DNA of 62,662 nucleotides from Hydrolagus affinis (GCA_012026655.1 JAAILG010001717.1:1-62662), one strand, 5' to 3'; counted from the first letter of the stretch, positions 38,901 through 53,599 are shown. Program-made: numbers and translations. The notes: a model not told the origin generated them from the letters alone.

Positions 38901-41609
38901 CTAATTCTACAGTGTCCTAATGTCAAGTATCTTCAGTCCACTATCAACTTTGGAACTATTATCTCTACTGCATAAACAGTACAAAACGCTACACTTACAT
39001 TTATACAACACATTTCATGTCAAGACGATGCCTTAAAAAGCGCTTAACAATGTTAGATAGGCATTCGAGGCTGGGTATGGCAGCCAAGGGAGGAGGAAAG
39101 AAGAAAAATAATTGAAAGCACAGGGTCAGGATATGTTTTGAGATGTGACTTTAATGAGGAAAGGGAGGGAACAAGTTGGACAGATTTCAGGATGCAGTTG
39201 GAGAGAGTGGAAGGATTGGCTGAAAGTGCATCTGCCGAAAATGCTGTGGATTGCATTTGATATAGCACTTTATCACGTTGTTGAGACGTCTCAAAGAACT
39301 TCACACAATCATCTGCTGCTGCCGCTGGAGGTTACTGGAAATTAACCTACTTCGTCCTGCCCACCAGAGGAGCAAAGGCACATCCTCCCTCCTTTTCCCA
39401 TTCACATTAGACAAGAAGCGGATCAATTAGCAGAGGCTTACGTTATTGACAGTTCCAACAGGATGGGCATTCATAGGCACCTCCAGCTGTCAATCAATCA
39501 TGATTTGACTCCTCCCATATTCTTCCCCATTCCTCCATCTCATTGATTGACAGCACAACTCCAGTTGCTCATGAATTGCTGACGTCCACTCTGAATCAAT
39601 CTTGGACTCCTCCCAACTACATCCTATCTGTTTAATCTCTTTAAACATCCTATCTGTTTAATCTGAATCTGTTTAAAGCAGATTCCACTGTACTATCAAG
39701 TGAATTGAGTGTATATGTGTGTCCAGATGGACAAAGAGGCTCACCTATAATTTCAAACAATGTGTTGACAATCCAGTAAATTACAATAACAAATTATTGG
39801 ATATGAGTAAAGACTGCAATTCAATCCCATGGTTCTGTTGGCAGTCATAAGCAACTTGATGGTATTGGGTTTGTCAACCCAAGTTCGTCAGTGGGTAGTA
39901 CTTTGTGTTTTCACCTTGAAAAGCTGGGCTTGAATCCAAATCAAACTGATGGGTGGATAATATTTTGTTCTACTGACTTAAAATGAATAAAGGCACGATT
40001 AACTGGATATACACTGCATATTGAGTCCACAGGACAAAACTCTTTACAGAATGAATATCATCCAAGCAGTTAGTATGGTCAATGTAGGAAATGAGAACGT
40101 AACACCGGTGCAATGAAAATGCTTCCCTGATAAGGATCAAATAATGAGTGTACATACTCATTTTGGCTGTTCCTGCTTCCTTAGTGGTTTATCCCATTGA
40201 GTGTTTGGGGTGCCTGAAATCACACTAACACTCTAAAACATGATCCGGTTCACTTTAATTGCTAGACCACATCATTCTGTAAGCATTCCGCTTCTTCACT
40301 CTCTGAAACGCTGATGTTTGATATCAGTGTATAATTAATTGGAGTCAAGATTTCACATTATAACTTGGGATTCTTGAGGTAAAGGGAAACAGATGTATTC
40401 ACTATTCAAATGTTAAAACACTGCATAGAGAGTGTGCCTTGGACTCATTTCCTCCCTTTTCTTGTTCAAGGCCTGTCTCAAGACACATTTCTTTGACCCC
40501 TCCCATGCCCTTCAGTTTCTATCCCGAACTCTGCTTCCCAGCCAGCAGTGTCAAGCACTTTGGGACATCCTCCCTATGCGAAAAGTACTGTATGAATGTA
40601 AATGATATTGTAATATTAGAGGCTTTTTTTAATGTCAAAGTGTAGAATGGAAATGGAATGAATAATCATCTGACCCAGGAGGCAATCTCTGACATTCTCT
40701 GGAACTGCGAGAGATCGAAAGGTTAGGAGAAGCAAAGAGAATTTTGCTCTGCATTTCTCTATTCCTACATCTGATCTAGTACTCAATAGACAGTTGAAGC
40801 AAAAAATGAAAAAGTAATCCCAAACAACCTCCAAAACAATATATACAAAACATATATTATATATTAATACTTCATTTGATTTAGCGCTTTTCACATCTTC
40901 TACACTATAGAACACAGTATATGAATTACAGTACTTTGTTGTTTATAATGTTATCTGAATTGTTTGATCAAATATGTGCTTTGAAATGTCCTTCTGACTT
41001 GATTAGGCGATATGCCAAATGCAAGGATTATTATTATACTGATCTATTTCTTCTCTGTACGTGAGCACAACATAGAAATCAAACTATTTTATTTCCGTTC
41101 CCTGAGTATTGCACTGCAGAAAATCTTATCCTGCACAAGAAACATTCCCTTGGCAACCAAACCATCACCGATGAACAGGAGGCCTATACTAACACTAACC
41201 ATTTTTGTTTGTGTAGAATTGTGTAATCTCTTTTAAATGCATGTGCCAGGGTCAATTTAACTCTCAGTGCAATCCTATGACCCTGCAAAACATTAGATGA
41301 ACAGGTGGTTAAAGGCTGAATCATCAAAGTAAAATGCAAAGTTTTCACATAGACGTATATACAGTAAACTGATCCCTGCAATCAGTTCTGATGTTAATTT
41401 TCGGGAGGCTTTAATCTGTATAAATCTGTCACACTCTTTTCTATCAATTCATTTTATCTCTAAATTTCACATTCATATAGACATCTCGCCAGGGATCCAT
41501 TCGTTTCCACTTTCCACTATATATTAAGTGGACAGTCTCTTGTACTATCTGAGTCAATTCACCCAAGGCTACATTATTCTAAGAGACACATTGTTTCTCA
41601 TCACCAGTG

Positions 41610-41822
41610 TCTTCTCTCTCCTTTTCAAATAGTGCCAAGGGATCTTTCATATCCACTTCTCAGGTATATGTTTCATCCAAAGGAAGGTACCTCCAACAAT
41701 GCAGCACATCCCCAGCACTGGGTATTGGAGTGTTAGTTTAAACTAGAGTTCAAAGTCAAAATGTTGTCACTTTTACTCACAATCTTTTGACTCAGAAGTG
41801 AGAGTGATACTAGTTGAGCTAG
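41610..41822 (-). mobile_element. Deu-domain SINE relic
   Basis: Minus strand: ctgagtcaaaag..acactccaat..cagtgctgggatgtgctgcattgttggaggtacc..ctttggatgaaac..aagatcccttggcactatttgaa. Confidence 0.65.
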
Positions 41823-43609
41823 CTAAAGAGCCACTTGAGATCAGCTAACTTGATATAGAACAGTCTTTATGGTTTGGATACTCACTGGATAATCTTGCTG
41901 AAGCATCTGGGAGCATCCGCTTTATACTTAATGCAATAGCTTAATGTATTAATTAACAGAGGGTGCAATATGGGGAGATATCTAAAGGGATTTTTTTTAA
42001 ATTAAGGAAACACTCCATGGTTCTCTTAAACCTTTGAAACCACCAAATATTAATATATAATAAGACTATGCAGATTCCACAAAGTAATTGCAAGTATGTA
42101 TGTCATGCACATTATTGCTGATCCATGCAAACTCCATTCTGAAAATCACAGCGAGTGGAGTCCCGTGAGTTGATGCAATGTACATAATGCACATCTGGTT
42201 TCTTTATTAAACAAACCCCACTAGAAACTGCTACATTCGAGGCTCTAAAAATGTAAGGCTAATCACAAACATTGACCATTTTAATCACTGGCCTCAATTT
42301 GTTCACTTAAGTTCCTTCTGAACATCTCATGTACTCCACACTTTATTTTACAACAGTTTTATATGACAGCTAGCTATACATACTGGCAGATAACCATTTT
42401 AAACACTCCATAGTTCTTTTAAACCCTTGAAACCCTTGAAACTGGCAAATTATTGTATAATAAGACTATACAGTACTATCCTCCATCATACCCAACTAGC
42501 AGTGTCAAGCGCTTTGAGACATCCTGATGATGTATAAAGCATTATGTAAATGTAAATTGTATTGTATCATTTTACAAGAGTGCAATAATTAGAAATCATT
42601 TCACGATATTATTAATTCAGAATCTATTCTGTGCTTAATAGTAATATTAATAGTTTTAATATTAGAACACTAGAAAATAGTGTTAAAATATTTATTTCTG
42701 AAGCTGAGGTTATATTTATTTTCTCGTTTAAAAGAAGAACAAGCAATCTTGAAATCTCATCACATAGTTCTTTCCTTCGTCCATTCCCCCCCGACCCCAC
42801 CTCTTCCCCCCCCACCAACCATCTCATCAACATCCACGCTTGGAATTGAATGATAGGGACTTTGATTTTAGTATCATAAACACATCCAGTATATTACAAT
42901 CAGGGAGCAGTAATAATCGATGTGCTCCTTAATAAGTAAGATGGGCATCTGATGGATTGCAGCAAGCAACTCTGCTGAGTGCTTCAATCGATCACCAAGC
43001 CATCACCTCTACAAGTTGTAAACATTCTGCTTCTAAGCGCTACCGAATCCGAATATTTTACCTCTTTTCTCTTTATCACGCTCCCTTCCAAGAGCCAATT
43101 ATCTTTCTTTTCTGTGTGATCATACAGATGGGCATTATTTCCATGAGTGGCTACAGCACATAGGCCATCTAGAAATGTCTTTAGGGACAGCACTAAAGCT
43201 ATTTACATCGAGGATGTATTTTGAAAGAAAGTGCTATTGCAAAGGGTATCATAATTAATGTGTGTAAATTAAAAGCCGCAATATAAACGAATAACTGGGA
43301 ATGTCAGTGTGCTAATGGACACGTTAGCAATGTCTTCTGACATTGTAAGCTAAGGGAGTTTTATAGCCAGAGTGTCTTCTATTTCTGATGATGCATACAG
43401 TTGTCTACCCCAAAGATTCGGAATGTACCACCGAGCTGGAAGTAATACTGTACTACAAGACCCCGCTGCACTTACATTGTCTTCAGACTTCCAAAGGAGG
43501 CATGTGACAAATGGCAGCCACTGACCATGAATTACACGTGGCTTTGATCCATTATTTGTGTTGTGAAGATCACACACAAAGATACCAGTACACCAATACA
43601 GATTACAGT

Positions 43610-43982
43610 ACAATTTATATTGTCCTTGCCTTCAAGGCCCACCATGGCTTTACCCCTCCCTTCCTCTGTGATCTGCTGACCCCATACCAACCTAGCCGTT
43701 CCCTCCAATCCATGTACTCCACCCAGCCTGCTCCAACATCAGGCCTTCAGCTCTTCTTCCCCTTCTAGGGAACTCCAACCTACATTCCAGTGGCCTCACT
43801 CCCTCCCTTGCCTCCTTCAAGGTGCGTCTCCAATCTCTCCTCTTTGACCAAATCTTCAGCCGCCCTTCTACCCTCTCTGCCCACACCATCCCCGATCATG
43901 ACCCCCTGCTCCAGTTCAAATCGCTGACTGTCCACCACCTTGGGATGTTCTCCAATGTGAAATATGCTATATAAATGCAGGA
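43610..43982 (+). mobile_element. L2 3' fragment
   Basis: IVLAFKAHHGFTPPFLCDLLTPYQPSRSLQS followed by the L2 tail. Confidence 0.8.
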
Positions 43983-44176
43983 GTACTTGGTCCATATCAA
44001 AATAGCTTTAGAAACACAAAAGCCATTTGCACCAAGGACGTATGTATGGATGAATGCTGCAGCACCAGCACTTTCAATATGCAGTCAAATCTCATCCATA
44101 TATTGAGACAACAGGAGATCTAAACTCCAGGGCTGCTTTGGGAAAATGAAGGCTGACAAAATTCCCATTTTTGGAT

Positions 44177-44483
44177 GTGGAGTGCTGTAGCTCAGTGATT
44201 AGAGCACTTGCCTTACAACTGTGAGATCTGTGTTCGAATTCAGGCAGGTCAAGGTGAAACCTTGGGCAAGTTTTGTTACTCCACATGCCTGATAATAATC
44301 CCTCCAAATAAACGAACAATAATAAAATGGGTCATTTCAATGCACGACTGTTTGCTGTGTGCAATTGGCTGCCGCGTTTTGCCCACAAATATACAGTCAA
44401 TTCACTTTACAGTATATTCTGCTTGAGACAGCTAGAAGATGTGAAAAGTGCTATATCAAATGCAAGGATTATTATTATTATTA
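44177..44483 (+). mobile_element. Full-length tRNA-derived SINE
   Basis: Head gtggagtgctgtagctcagtg, B box gttcgaattc, body and (ATT)n tail. Confidence 0.9.
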
Positions 44484-47400
44484 TTTCACAGTGTAAGTTT
44501 GTCTCAATTATTTTCCAACTTCTTAATATGAAGGCATTGATTTTTGCTGGGATTTGGTTGCAACAGTTTGGTACCTTGACCAAGTGATACAAAGCTAAAC
44601 AGTGATTGTTGACAGGCTTTCTGGATGAGATGATGAGTGTCGCAGTTAAGCCTAGCCCAGTTATTATGTGATTTCTGCAAGGTTTTTTTTTCCAGTAGGG
44701 GTCACTGGGAAGTGATCAAACAGATTGTCCTCATCCCCAAATTAGTGGTTGTTAAGGCCAAATGCGGCATTAGTACTGCAACTCTAACAAAGATGAACAA
44801 TGAGTTGGTTTCATTTACGTTGGCGGTTGCTTCATTTCTAGTTCAAAAATAAGAGTGCTGATTTGATACAGCAACTTTTCACATCTCACTCAAAACGCCT
44901 CAAAGGATTTAGTGCAGGGTATAGTGACTGTATTTTGTAGGCGAATAGCTGTGAGTGGGTCTTGCCTGTTTGCGTACTCCTCATCATTGATAGCTGATGA
45001 TTGTTTCAATGAAGGGTTAACAATTGTGAAGTTTAGTAATGAATAGTTTTCAATCGCTTACAAGACAATTGTGTCCAGTAAGCAGTCATCTGCTATCATG
45101 CAGTTACAGTGAGTGAGTATTGAGCCTGGAAACAAGAAAAATCACAATTGGTTTACAAGTGTATATTCATGAATATTACTGATGGAACTGGAAAAGTAAT
45201 CATGTCAGGCCAAAACATATAATAGAAATTGTGATGTTTGGGTTCCCGGTATGAAATGCCCACAGGTTTGTTTAATCCATCCTCCAGTGATTTATTTTTA
45301 CATTATAGATACATTGAAAGTAGACTTGACAAAGCATATCTTTTTTCTCGTTACTTACCTGGCTGAAATTCAAACCTGTCACAAAATGAAATCCGCTTTG
45401 TATAGCATTACAGTTTGGTGTTGCCTCTTCGAGAATGTCAACTTGAACAGTTTTGTGTCATCTTTCACAGAAATGTAACTAGAAGATAGTGACTCATTTC
45501 TGCGGCATTAATGTCATCTGATGTACTTAACCATTCTGACATTAGAACATGGTGAAGAGAATAATTTGTATAAGGCTGAGTCACTTATGGTGTAAAACCC
45601 CAGCATTCAGTAGATTGGAGAATGAATTGACCATAGGATCTTTCTGGACTCAGTGGTTTATTTTATCAACTACAACATCATGGGACCAATTCTTTTAACA
45701 GAAGATCTTAAAAAGTAAATATTTGTAGTAAATAAAGTTACAGTATTTTTCCCTTTGACCTAGATTACACATCTGCTTTCCTTAGTATGTTAGCTGAAAC
45801 CCTTTCTCAAAACTATGGGTTTTCTTATTTTACTTACACCGGCAGCAAGTGCACTTTAACATCACAACTCCAGAGGGTCTCAGGAGCACAAACATATTCC
45901 TTAACTGGTGTAAATCTAAACCCCCTTCCCAACAAATTAATTCAAAGGAAATGCCTGCTGCATTATAAAACTTTGAGTGATCCAATGCAAATCACCAGGC
46001 GCATTCCAAGAACACAACATGAACTTATTACTGTGAATTGTGAGCAGCTCAAGGTGTTGCGGCCCCCGAGAAGCAATTTAGAATAAATAAACTTCACTGG
46101 AGGCCAACAAGTTTTTGTAAGTTGAAACCCCAAGTTAACGCTATGAGGGTAAAAGAGCAATAGCAAGTTGCATCTCTTTGCAAAGAACTCGGTAGGCTGT
46201 ATGCTTGCATAATAAACAAGAAAACATCCATGCATGACCTTTGCATTTAAAGTGAAACGGATGGCACTGTACTTACTTCTTAACAGACACTGCCTCTTTG
46301 TGTGCTGACACTGTGCGTAGCAATCTAAGACAGTGTCTTCTTTAAAACAGAAGAGCCATCATCCCGTGTAATGCAATTTTGACATAAGCAATGAAAGGCA
46401 CTTTGGCAGTTGCTTGCATGTTTGCACTTGAGTTTCTCAAGCATTACTTATTGCAGTGATTTGGGTTTGCTGGAAGAAAAATAAGCTCTTTTTATAGTAA
46501 GTTGAGTTTTATGCAGCTGTTATTGTAATAATGAGTGGAATTGACAACGTCTATGGGTCTTGTTTAACTTGGTTAAATGATGATAAACCCAAACCTGTGC
46601 AGTATTTCTATAGGTGAACCCAGCTGTGTGGAAAGTTTAAAGTATTCTAAATAAATTTAGTCAGCCATAGTAACAGTAAGCCTTCAGGGATCAGTCACTG
46701 TCTTTATTTATGGATCCATGAAGCTTTGCCACAGCAGTTGAACTCCATTTGTACAGAAATTGTATGGGATTTTAGAGGACTGAGGAATTTTAATGAGATA
46801 GTTTGACAGATTTGAATTTTTGACAGCTATGAACTACAGTTTAGGTAACCAGGCTAAGGGAGAGAGAGAAAGAGAGAGAAAGAAATGTGGCTCTTTAACA
46901 TGCAGCACGCACACAGAAACAGATAAGGATGTTGTTTGAGATGTTCTATATCAAAACTATTTTTGAAAGGTTGGAATCTATGCTTACTCACTGAATACAA
47001 CATTTGTGTTACATGCACTTTTCCAATAATCCATCATGAAAACAAGAGAGTAATTGTAGCATGTGTGACTGCTTCATTTTACTTATCAGGATGAATATTT
47101 GATAGGAATAATCACTGTTGGCATTCTTCCGTCAAATTGTTATGGCATCAAATCCATGCAACACTCTTCCTCAGAAGAAAAGGCATCAGAGATATTACAG
47201 TCTCGTTTTTGTAAAGAACAATGTCTGACAAATGTTTTTAAACCTAATCTAAGTGTTTTATAATATAAAACAACTGTTACAGCCCCTTTCACACAAAGAA
47301 CAAGGAACATACAGATGCTTAGAATATTAAATTGATATAGTTCTGCATGAATGAATATCACGAATCTCTTCAGTAAAAAAAAATTGGGCCTAGAAAATTA

Positions 47401-49639
47401 CACCAGACATTTACATGGACCTTTCACTATAAACCTTCTTCAATCATAACTAAAGAGACTTACTTAAGTGCATCATTTAGAATTTATATGAAATCTTCAG
47501 GACTTGTGACGTGAAATGCAAATATTATTTTCTCCCCACCCAACCCCCAATTCCTTGACAATATCTAGGATTTTGAATCAAGAATGTTGTATTTCATTCT
47601 TTTTGTTTTTCTAATTTTCTCTTATCCTTCTTCAGGGAGAGCACCAGCCATTGTGCAAATCCAGATTTGCAATCCCAGGCAATGGATGTCAATAGTTTAT
47701 TTGACCTTGAGGAAATCTAATCTGGTTCCCTTCCAATGCCATTAAGCACACCTTTCAGTAGAGTTTACCAGTTTAGCCATCAGGACCAGGAACATGGTTG
47801 ATTTATAGATAATTTAGCCCAGTGAAACTGAGATGATAGCATATCTGCCAACATTGTTCAGAATAAAATTAGCTAACTTGGCGATCACCTGCAAGCTTCT
47901 TACCATGATGTGCACATGTACCATCATGTTCTTAGCTCACCTCTAACATCTGAGCCAGACATGTTGAGCTCCACAAATACATCACAGGTGTGACTTGTTT
48001 TCTTTCTCAATAAAATACCACTCTCCATCAGACACAATTTGTCCCACTCCCTGTTTTCTTTTATGCTTCCTCTCATTGCCTCCTGGTCAATTGTACAATT
48101 AATCCTAATTGAGTATTCAACAAGTTCCAATGGGATTTAGGGCCTTGTACACTTAGTTTAGGCTAATGTTTTGATGTAAGTATTTACATGAAAATATTGT
48201 GCACCCATTGCCTGCCATGTTAAACCATAAAACACATAGTCACTCTATGTCACAATATGTCCTGGGAAACCCTTTGAGATATCTTCACACCATGAATATC
48301 ACTACAAGTGTAAGGATCATTATTAGTATTATTATTATTTGAATGCTGCATTATTAGTTACTATCCTTTGGGACAACCTCCCAATGTGAAAGGTGCTATA
48401 CTAATGTAGTTTTGTTGTTTTTATTGGATAAGACTGTAAAACCAATATTTCATCCGCCTGTATTCTGGTGGATGTTAAAAATTCCATCGCACGATTTAAA
48501 AGCGAAATGACTCCTGGGCTAGAAACCTCCAAATAAAATGTGGATCCCTGTTTATCAAATGTGTTTGCATATAAAATCAGTCACTACATTTGACAATAAT
48601 TACTACAAAGCACTTTGAAATGATCTGATATAATAATATAAAAATGAAGGTTTCTTCTTTCTGTTACCTGTATAAATGTGTAATGTATCATGGTGTGGTA
48701 TTTACACTTTGAATCATTATCAAAACCCCACTTATTTTATTTAAACATATACACACACTTAATACATAACAAATCAAGATTGAACTATTAGAAAATACAT
48801 TCCAAATCTTATCCACTGTCAGTCTTGTTGATTAAGGAAGAAATTAATTTAGGAATCCTGAAATTTTAACCCCAAATGATAGCAATGTAAAACAACAACA
48901 ATTTGTATTTATATAGTACCCTTCACTCCGAACAGTATTTCGGTCAATTAAAAAAACAGCCTTTGTTCAACCACCCAGGGTGTAGTACATTCAGGGGGAA
49001 GTAATCTCCAAGCTTTTCAAGTTAGACTTGCCAATATACTTAAAAAGCAGCAAAATACAGTAATTGTATCTCAGTGGCACGGAATTGCGTTTATAAACAT
49101 TCTTAACATGCGACTACTACTGCCCGTGACCAGCATTGGGTCATTGTGACCTCCACAACTGCCGATCGATCACAACCATTCCTGATGCTTAAGGCCCGAG
49201 TCAAGTCCGGGAGCCCAATGCACAGGCAGCCATTTGTCCATGCAGTGGATTAAGCCCACAATACATGCAGTCAATTCACTTTACAGTATATTCTGTGAAG
49301 CGTTTTAATGGATCTTGAAGACATTATTAGGCACTGTATCAAAAAGAAGGATTATTATTATTATTATGCGTTAGAAGAGAAAGTGATGCCTCCGTGCTAT
49401 GTCACTGCACACGCCAGTAAGCCAGACCGAGTCAGTACTACATCATTCATAATACGGTTGAACTAATGTATTAAGTGTTCCAGGACTCTACCCCCCATGA
49501 ATGGCACTATATAAATGCAAGTTGTTATTGTATTCCAAAAATCTTTTCCTTGTGCAGTATATGGAAAGCTGAAACATGTCTGGGTTTCTTCAGCAGGGCC
49601 CACATCTCTGAGCAATATAGGAGCACTGACATCAACAAG

Positions 49640-50640
49640 AACAAAATGATGTTTGTATAGCATATTTCATGTTCGGCAGACGTCCCAAAGTGCTGGGCAA
49701 TTAGTCTTTTGTACCTGAGGTGGGGGTCGGGATAAGGGAACGTGGAGGGTGCTGAATGGGCAAGAAGGATGAATCAAAAGCTTTGTCGAAGAGGAGGGTC
49801 TCGAGATGAGTCTTGAACAAAGTAATGGAGGAGGTGAGGTGGAGGGACCATGGGATGGAGTTCCAGATGGTGGAGGCCAAATGGCTGAAGGTGTAGCGGG
49901 AGAGGTGGGGAGTACTAAGAAGGCTGGAGCCTGCTGAGTGGAGGGAGAAGGCAGATTGCAGGGAGTTAGGAGGTCACAGAGGTAGTGGAAGCAAGGACAT
50001 GGAGGGTTTTAAAAATAAGGACAAGGATCTTGAACTGTATCCTCTCTGTGATGGGAAGCCAGTGGAGTCAGGCAAGATGGGGGTGATAGGGTCACAGAGC
50101 CTGCTGTAGGAGAGGACACGGGCTGCAATGTTCTGCATGATCTGCAGCCTATGGAAAGAAGAGTTGGTGAGGTTGGCAAGCAGGGAATTTACACAGTCGA
50201 GGCTGGATGTTATGAATGCATGTATGAGGCTCTCGGAGGCCTGCAGTGGAGACAGTGGCAGAGCCGGGAGATGTTGCAGAGGTGGGGGAAGGCAGAGTGT
50301 CATGGCATGGATGTGGGGTAGAAAGGATAGTTGAGGATCAAAGAAGACTAGCTCAGTGAGGTGGAGTGTGCAACCTTGGATGATACCTCCATCGATGCCT
50401 GAGGTATGGAGGTACTGACAGGAGCCAATTAAGAGTGGCTTCATTTTGTTGACATTCAACCGTAGAAAGTTAGCTCTTACCCAGGACTTGATATCTGGCA
50501 GACATTCTGTCAGGACAGCAGTGTTCCTGGAATTGAGTGTGGAGGCAGAGAGATAGAGTTGAGTGTCATCTGCATACAAGTGGAAGTTAACCCCATGTCT
50601 GCAGATGATGTCACCAAGAGGGAGCATATAGCTATTGAAG
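49640..50640 (-). mobile_element. L2 fragment (RT C-terminal half to 3' end)
   Basis: MLPLGDIICRHGVNFHLYADDTQLYLS..ESLIHAFITSSLD..HRLQIMQNIAARVL, then 3' UTR and tail. Confidence 0.92.
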
Positions 50641-52208
50641 TAAATGTTATATGATGTAAATGCGCAGTTTCATTGTCATTGTCTCCAGACTTTTTCAAAC
50701 TCAACGAGCCGTTACATCAGTAGAAAACCAGTCCACAATAGCCTGAATGTAATGCCAGCATTGATAGCAGGTCAGCATTTGACTCGTAGACTGTAAGCCA
50801 CTATGGATGGCTTTGTAGAGTGCCTGCATCTCCAGTGTCTTGTTATGTTTGTTCTAAACATACAAACAAATAATAATTTGTTATCATTACTGCCAATGTT
50901 TTCCCAACTTTGACTTTATCAATGCGATTGTGACCTTTCGCAATTTAAATGTAAGGCTGAAAGAATGAGTTTCAGGAACATCGATCAAGCAATGGCAACA
51001 CCTCTTCCTTTATAAATGTAAGTACTGTATATAGACTCCTTCACGAGTTAAGCATGATACCCCATCCAAATGACCACTCTTAACGCATGAGCCTAGGCAT
51101 TGTCAGCAAGCATCACAGATAGGTGACGTCCTCCTGACGTGAAAGGCGCTATATAAATGTAAGTTTTGATTGATCGATCGATTGATTGACCTCTCCCCAG
51201 TCTAGTCCCTCTACAAGCATAACTTGCAACAGGATTAGTCGCTGTTTTTTCCCGCATTAACCTCCTCGGGAAGGCCTTGGCTGAGACCAGCAAACAACAT
51301 TGGTCAGGATTTGAACCAAAAAACTCCTGGTGTGTATCCTGCAGCCCTGTTGACTGTACAAGAAGAGCCTCTCCTATATCAGCGCTCCGTCTGAAAGGCA
51401 CTATATGTATGCAAGGTATTATTGCTAGCTGAAATGTAACAGTGGGAATCTCATTAGGCATACCCACCACAATAATTGTAAGTAAAAATTGTATTTGTAC
51501 CACACACAATGACATGATCTGCAGGAAGTATTTAGCCCAATCATTCATTTCCACCTAACATGAAAAGTTGACAGCTAACTTTTATTGATTCAGCCAATTA
51601 CCTAAAATGGAAATATACACAAAGTACACAATGAAGAATTGCAAGATATAATCACACACTGAACATATGTCATCTAGCACTGAACACAACCAATGAAAAA
51701 TTGTGAGTGAGGCATCAGATAAACCCACTCATATGTTATCCCACTGTGTCTCATTCAGAATTATCTAAATTGCATGAAAAACTAAACAACAGTTTTATAC
51801 AGTACTCTTAAAACTGTATGTGGAAATATGCACAGTATTCCGTTCACAAAATGTGATGCCAAGTTAAAAATAATGAACTAAAATGCATCCATAGTAATAA
51901 GTACATAGTAATTTTTTAATAATGGAACACATCTTTTTATATTTTGGTTAACGGACATTATCAGGGAAAATATACTTGTATGATAGGGTACTTCTGTTTT
52001 AACTTAACTTCATTGGGCAAAATATGATCTACCACTGCTGGAGTGTGGACAGCCAGTGCAAATCTGGGCTCACTAATATCATCTTATATTAATCAGAGCA
52101 GCATTGACGCATGCATCCAGTAAACCTATAACCTACAGCAATGCTGGCAAATACATGATATCAATGAGATGTTATCACAATGACATATTTTCTATTTTCT
52201 TTTTAATA

Positions 52209-52425
52209 TAATAATTCTTACATTTGATATAGCATCTTATCATGTCTTCAAGATGTCTCAAAGTGCTTCACAGAATATACTGTAGGGTGAATTGACTGTA
52301 TTTTTTATGGGTGAAACTTGCCAATCAATTATGCACAACAGTGTCCCACAAACAGTCGTGGATTGAGAGATCAAACTTTTTTTTGAAGGATTATTATCCC
52401 TGGAAAAGCGATCCACCAATCAACT
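52209..52425 (-). mobile_element. tRNA-SINE 3' half
   Basis: Family body and tail. Confidence 0.8.
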
Positions 52426-52449
52426 AACAACAACAAATTTACATTTGTA

Positions 52450-53110
52450 TAGGAACATAGAAACAGGAATAGGCCATTCAGTCCTTTGTGCCTCTTCCAC
52501 CATTTACGTAATTAGATCATGGTTGATCTGTACCTCTACTAATCCTTTCACTTCCAATTTCCTGCTTTCACCCCATTTTTGGAACTTTATTAAATGCCTT
52601 CTGAAAGTCCATGTAAACAACATCCATTGACACTCTCTTATTGACTTCTTCAAAAAATTCAACAAGATTAGTTAGACACGACCTATCCTTCACAAACCTA
52701 TGCTGACTGTCTTTCACAAGCTCATACCTCTCCAAATGTTCGGTTACTCTGTCCTCGATGATGGATTCCAGTACTTTCCCTGATATTAAGATAACAAGTC
52801 TGTAATTCACTGGTTTCACCTTCCCTCCCTTCTTAAATAAAAGGGTGACATTCACAATTTTCCAGTCTAAAAGCACAATTCCCAAATCTAGTGAGTTTTG
52901 GAAACTTATGACAAATGGATCTGCAATTTCTTCTATTTCCTTTAACACCCTGGATGGAAACTAGCAAGTCCTGGAGATTTGTCTATTTTGAGTCCCATTA
53001 TTTTATCCATTACCATTTTTAAAAAATTGTATTTATTTTATTAAGCATTTCTTTTTGACTTATTTTCATGTTCCACTGTATGCCTGGTATATTGTCCTCA
53101 TCTTCTACTA
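52450..53110 (-). mobile_element. CR1 LINE fragment (internally deleted)
   Basis: DWKIVNVTLLFKKGG..NYRLV..SQHRFVKDRSCLTNLVEFFEEV..DVVYMDFQKAFNKVP joined to a CR1-type 3' end (gaatggcctattcctgtttctatgttc). Confidence 0.88.
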
Positions 53111-53119
53111 TACAGAGCC

Positions 53120-53550
53120 TGTATAGTGCCTTTCATGTTGGGAGGTGCCCCAAGGCACTGATCAGATAGTAGTTTGGACCTGAGCTGGGGGTAGGAAACG
53201 TGGAGGGCAGTGGGGGGGAAGGAGGCTGATCAAAACCATGGTCGAAGAGGACAGCCTTGAGTTGGGTCATGAAGGATGCAAGGTATGGGATGAGGTGGGG
53301 GGACCGTTGGATGGAGTTCAAGATGATGGGGCAGAGTAGCTGAAAGCCCACCCGCCAATAGTCGGGTGGGTGAGGTTAGGGATGTGAAGAAGGCTGGAGC
53401 CTACTGAGTGGAGGGAGTAGGCAGGCTGGTGGGGTTAGGAGGTTGCAGAGATATGGGTCACAATGCCATGGAGGGCTTTGAAGGTGAGGACCAGAATCTT
53501 GAACATTAACCTATGTGTGATGGAAAGCCAGTGGAAGGTCGAGGAGATAT
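53120..53550 (-). mobile_element. L2 3' fragment
   Basis: Homologous to 49640-50090 (ccactggcttt..ttcaagattctggtcctcaccttcaaagccctccatgg, plus tail). Confidence 0.82.
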
Positions 53551-53599
53551 GGTCACAGTGTCTAGTGAAGTAGTAATTATTGATTACCGTCATTCAAAT

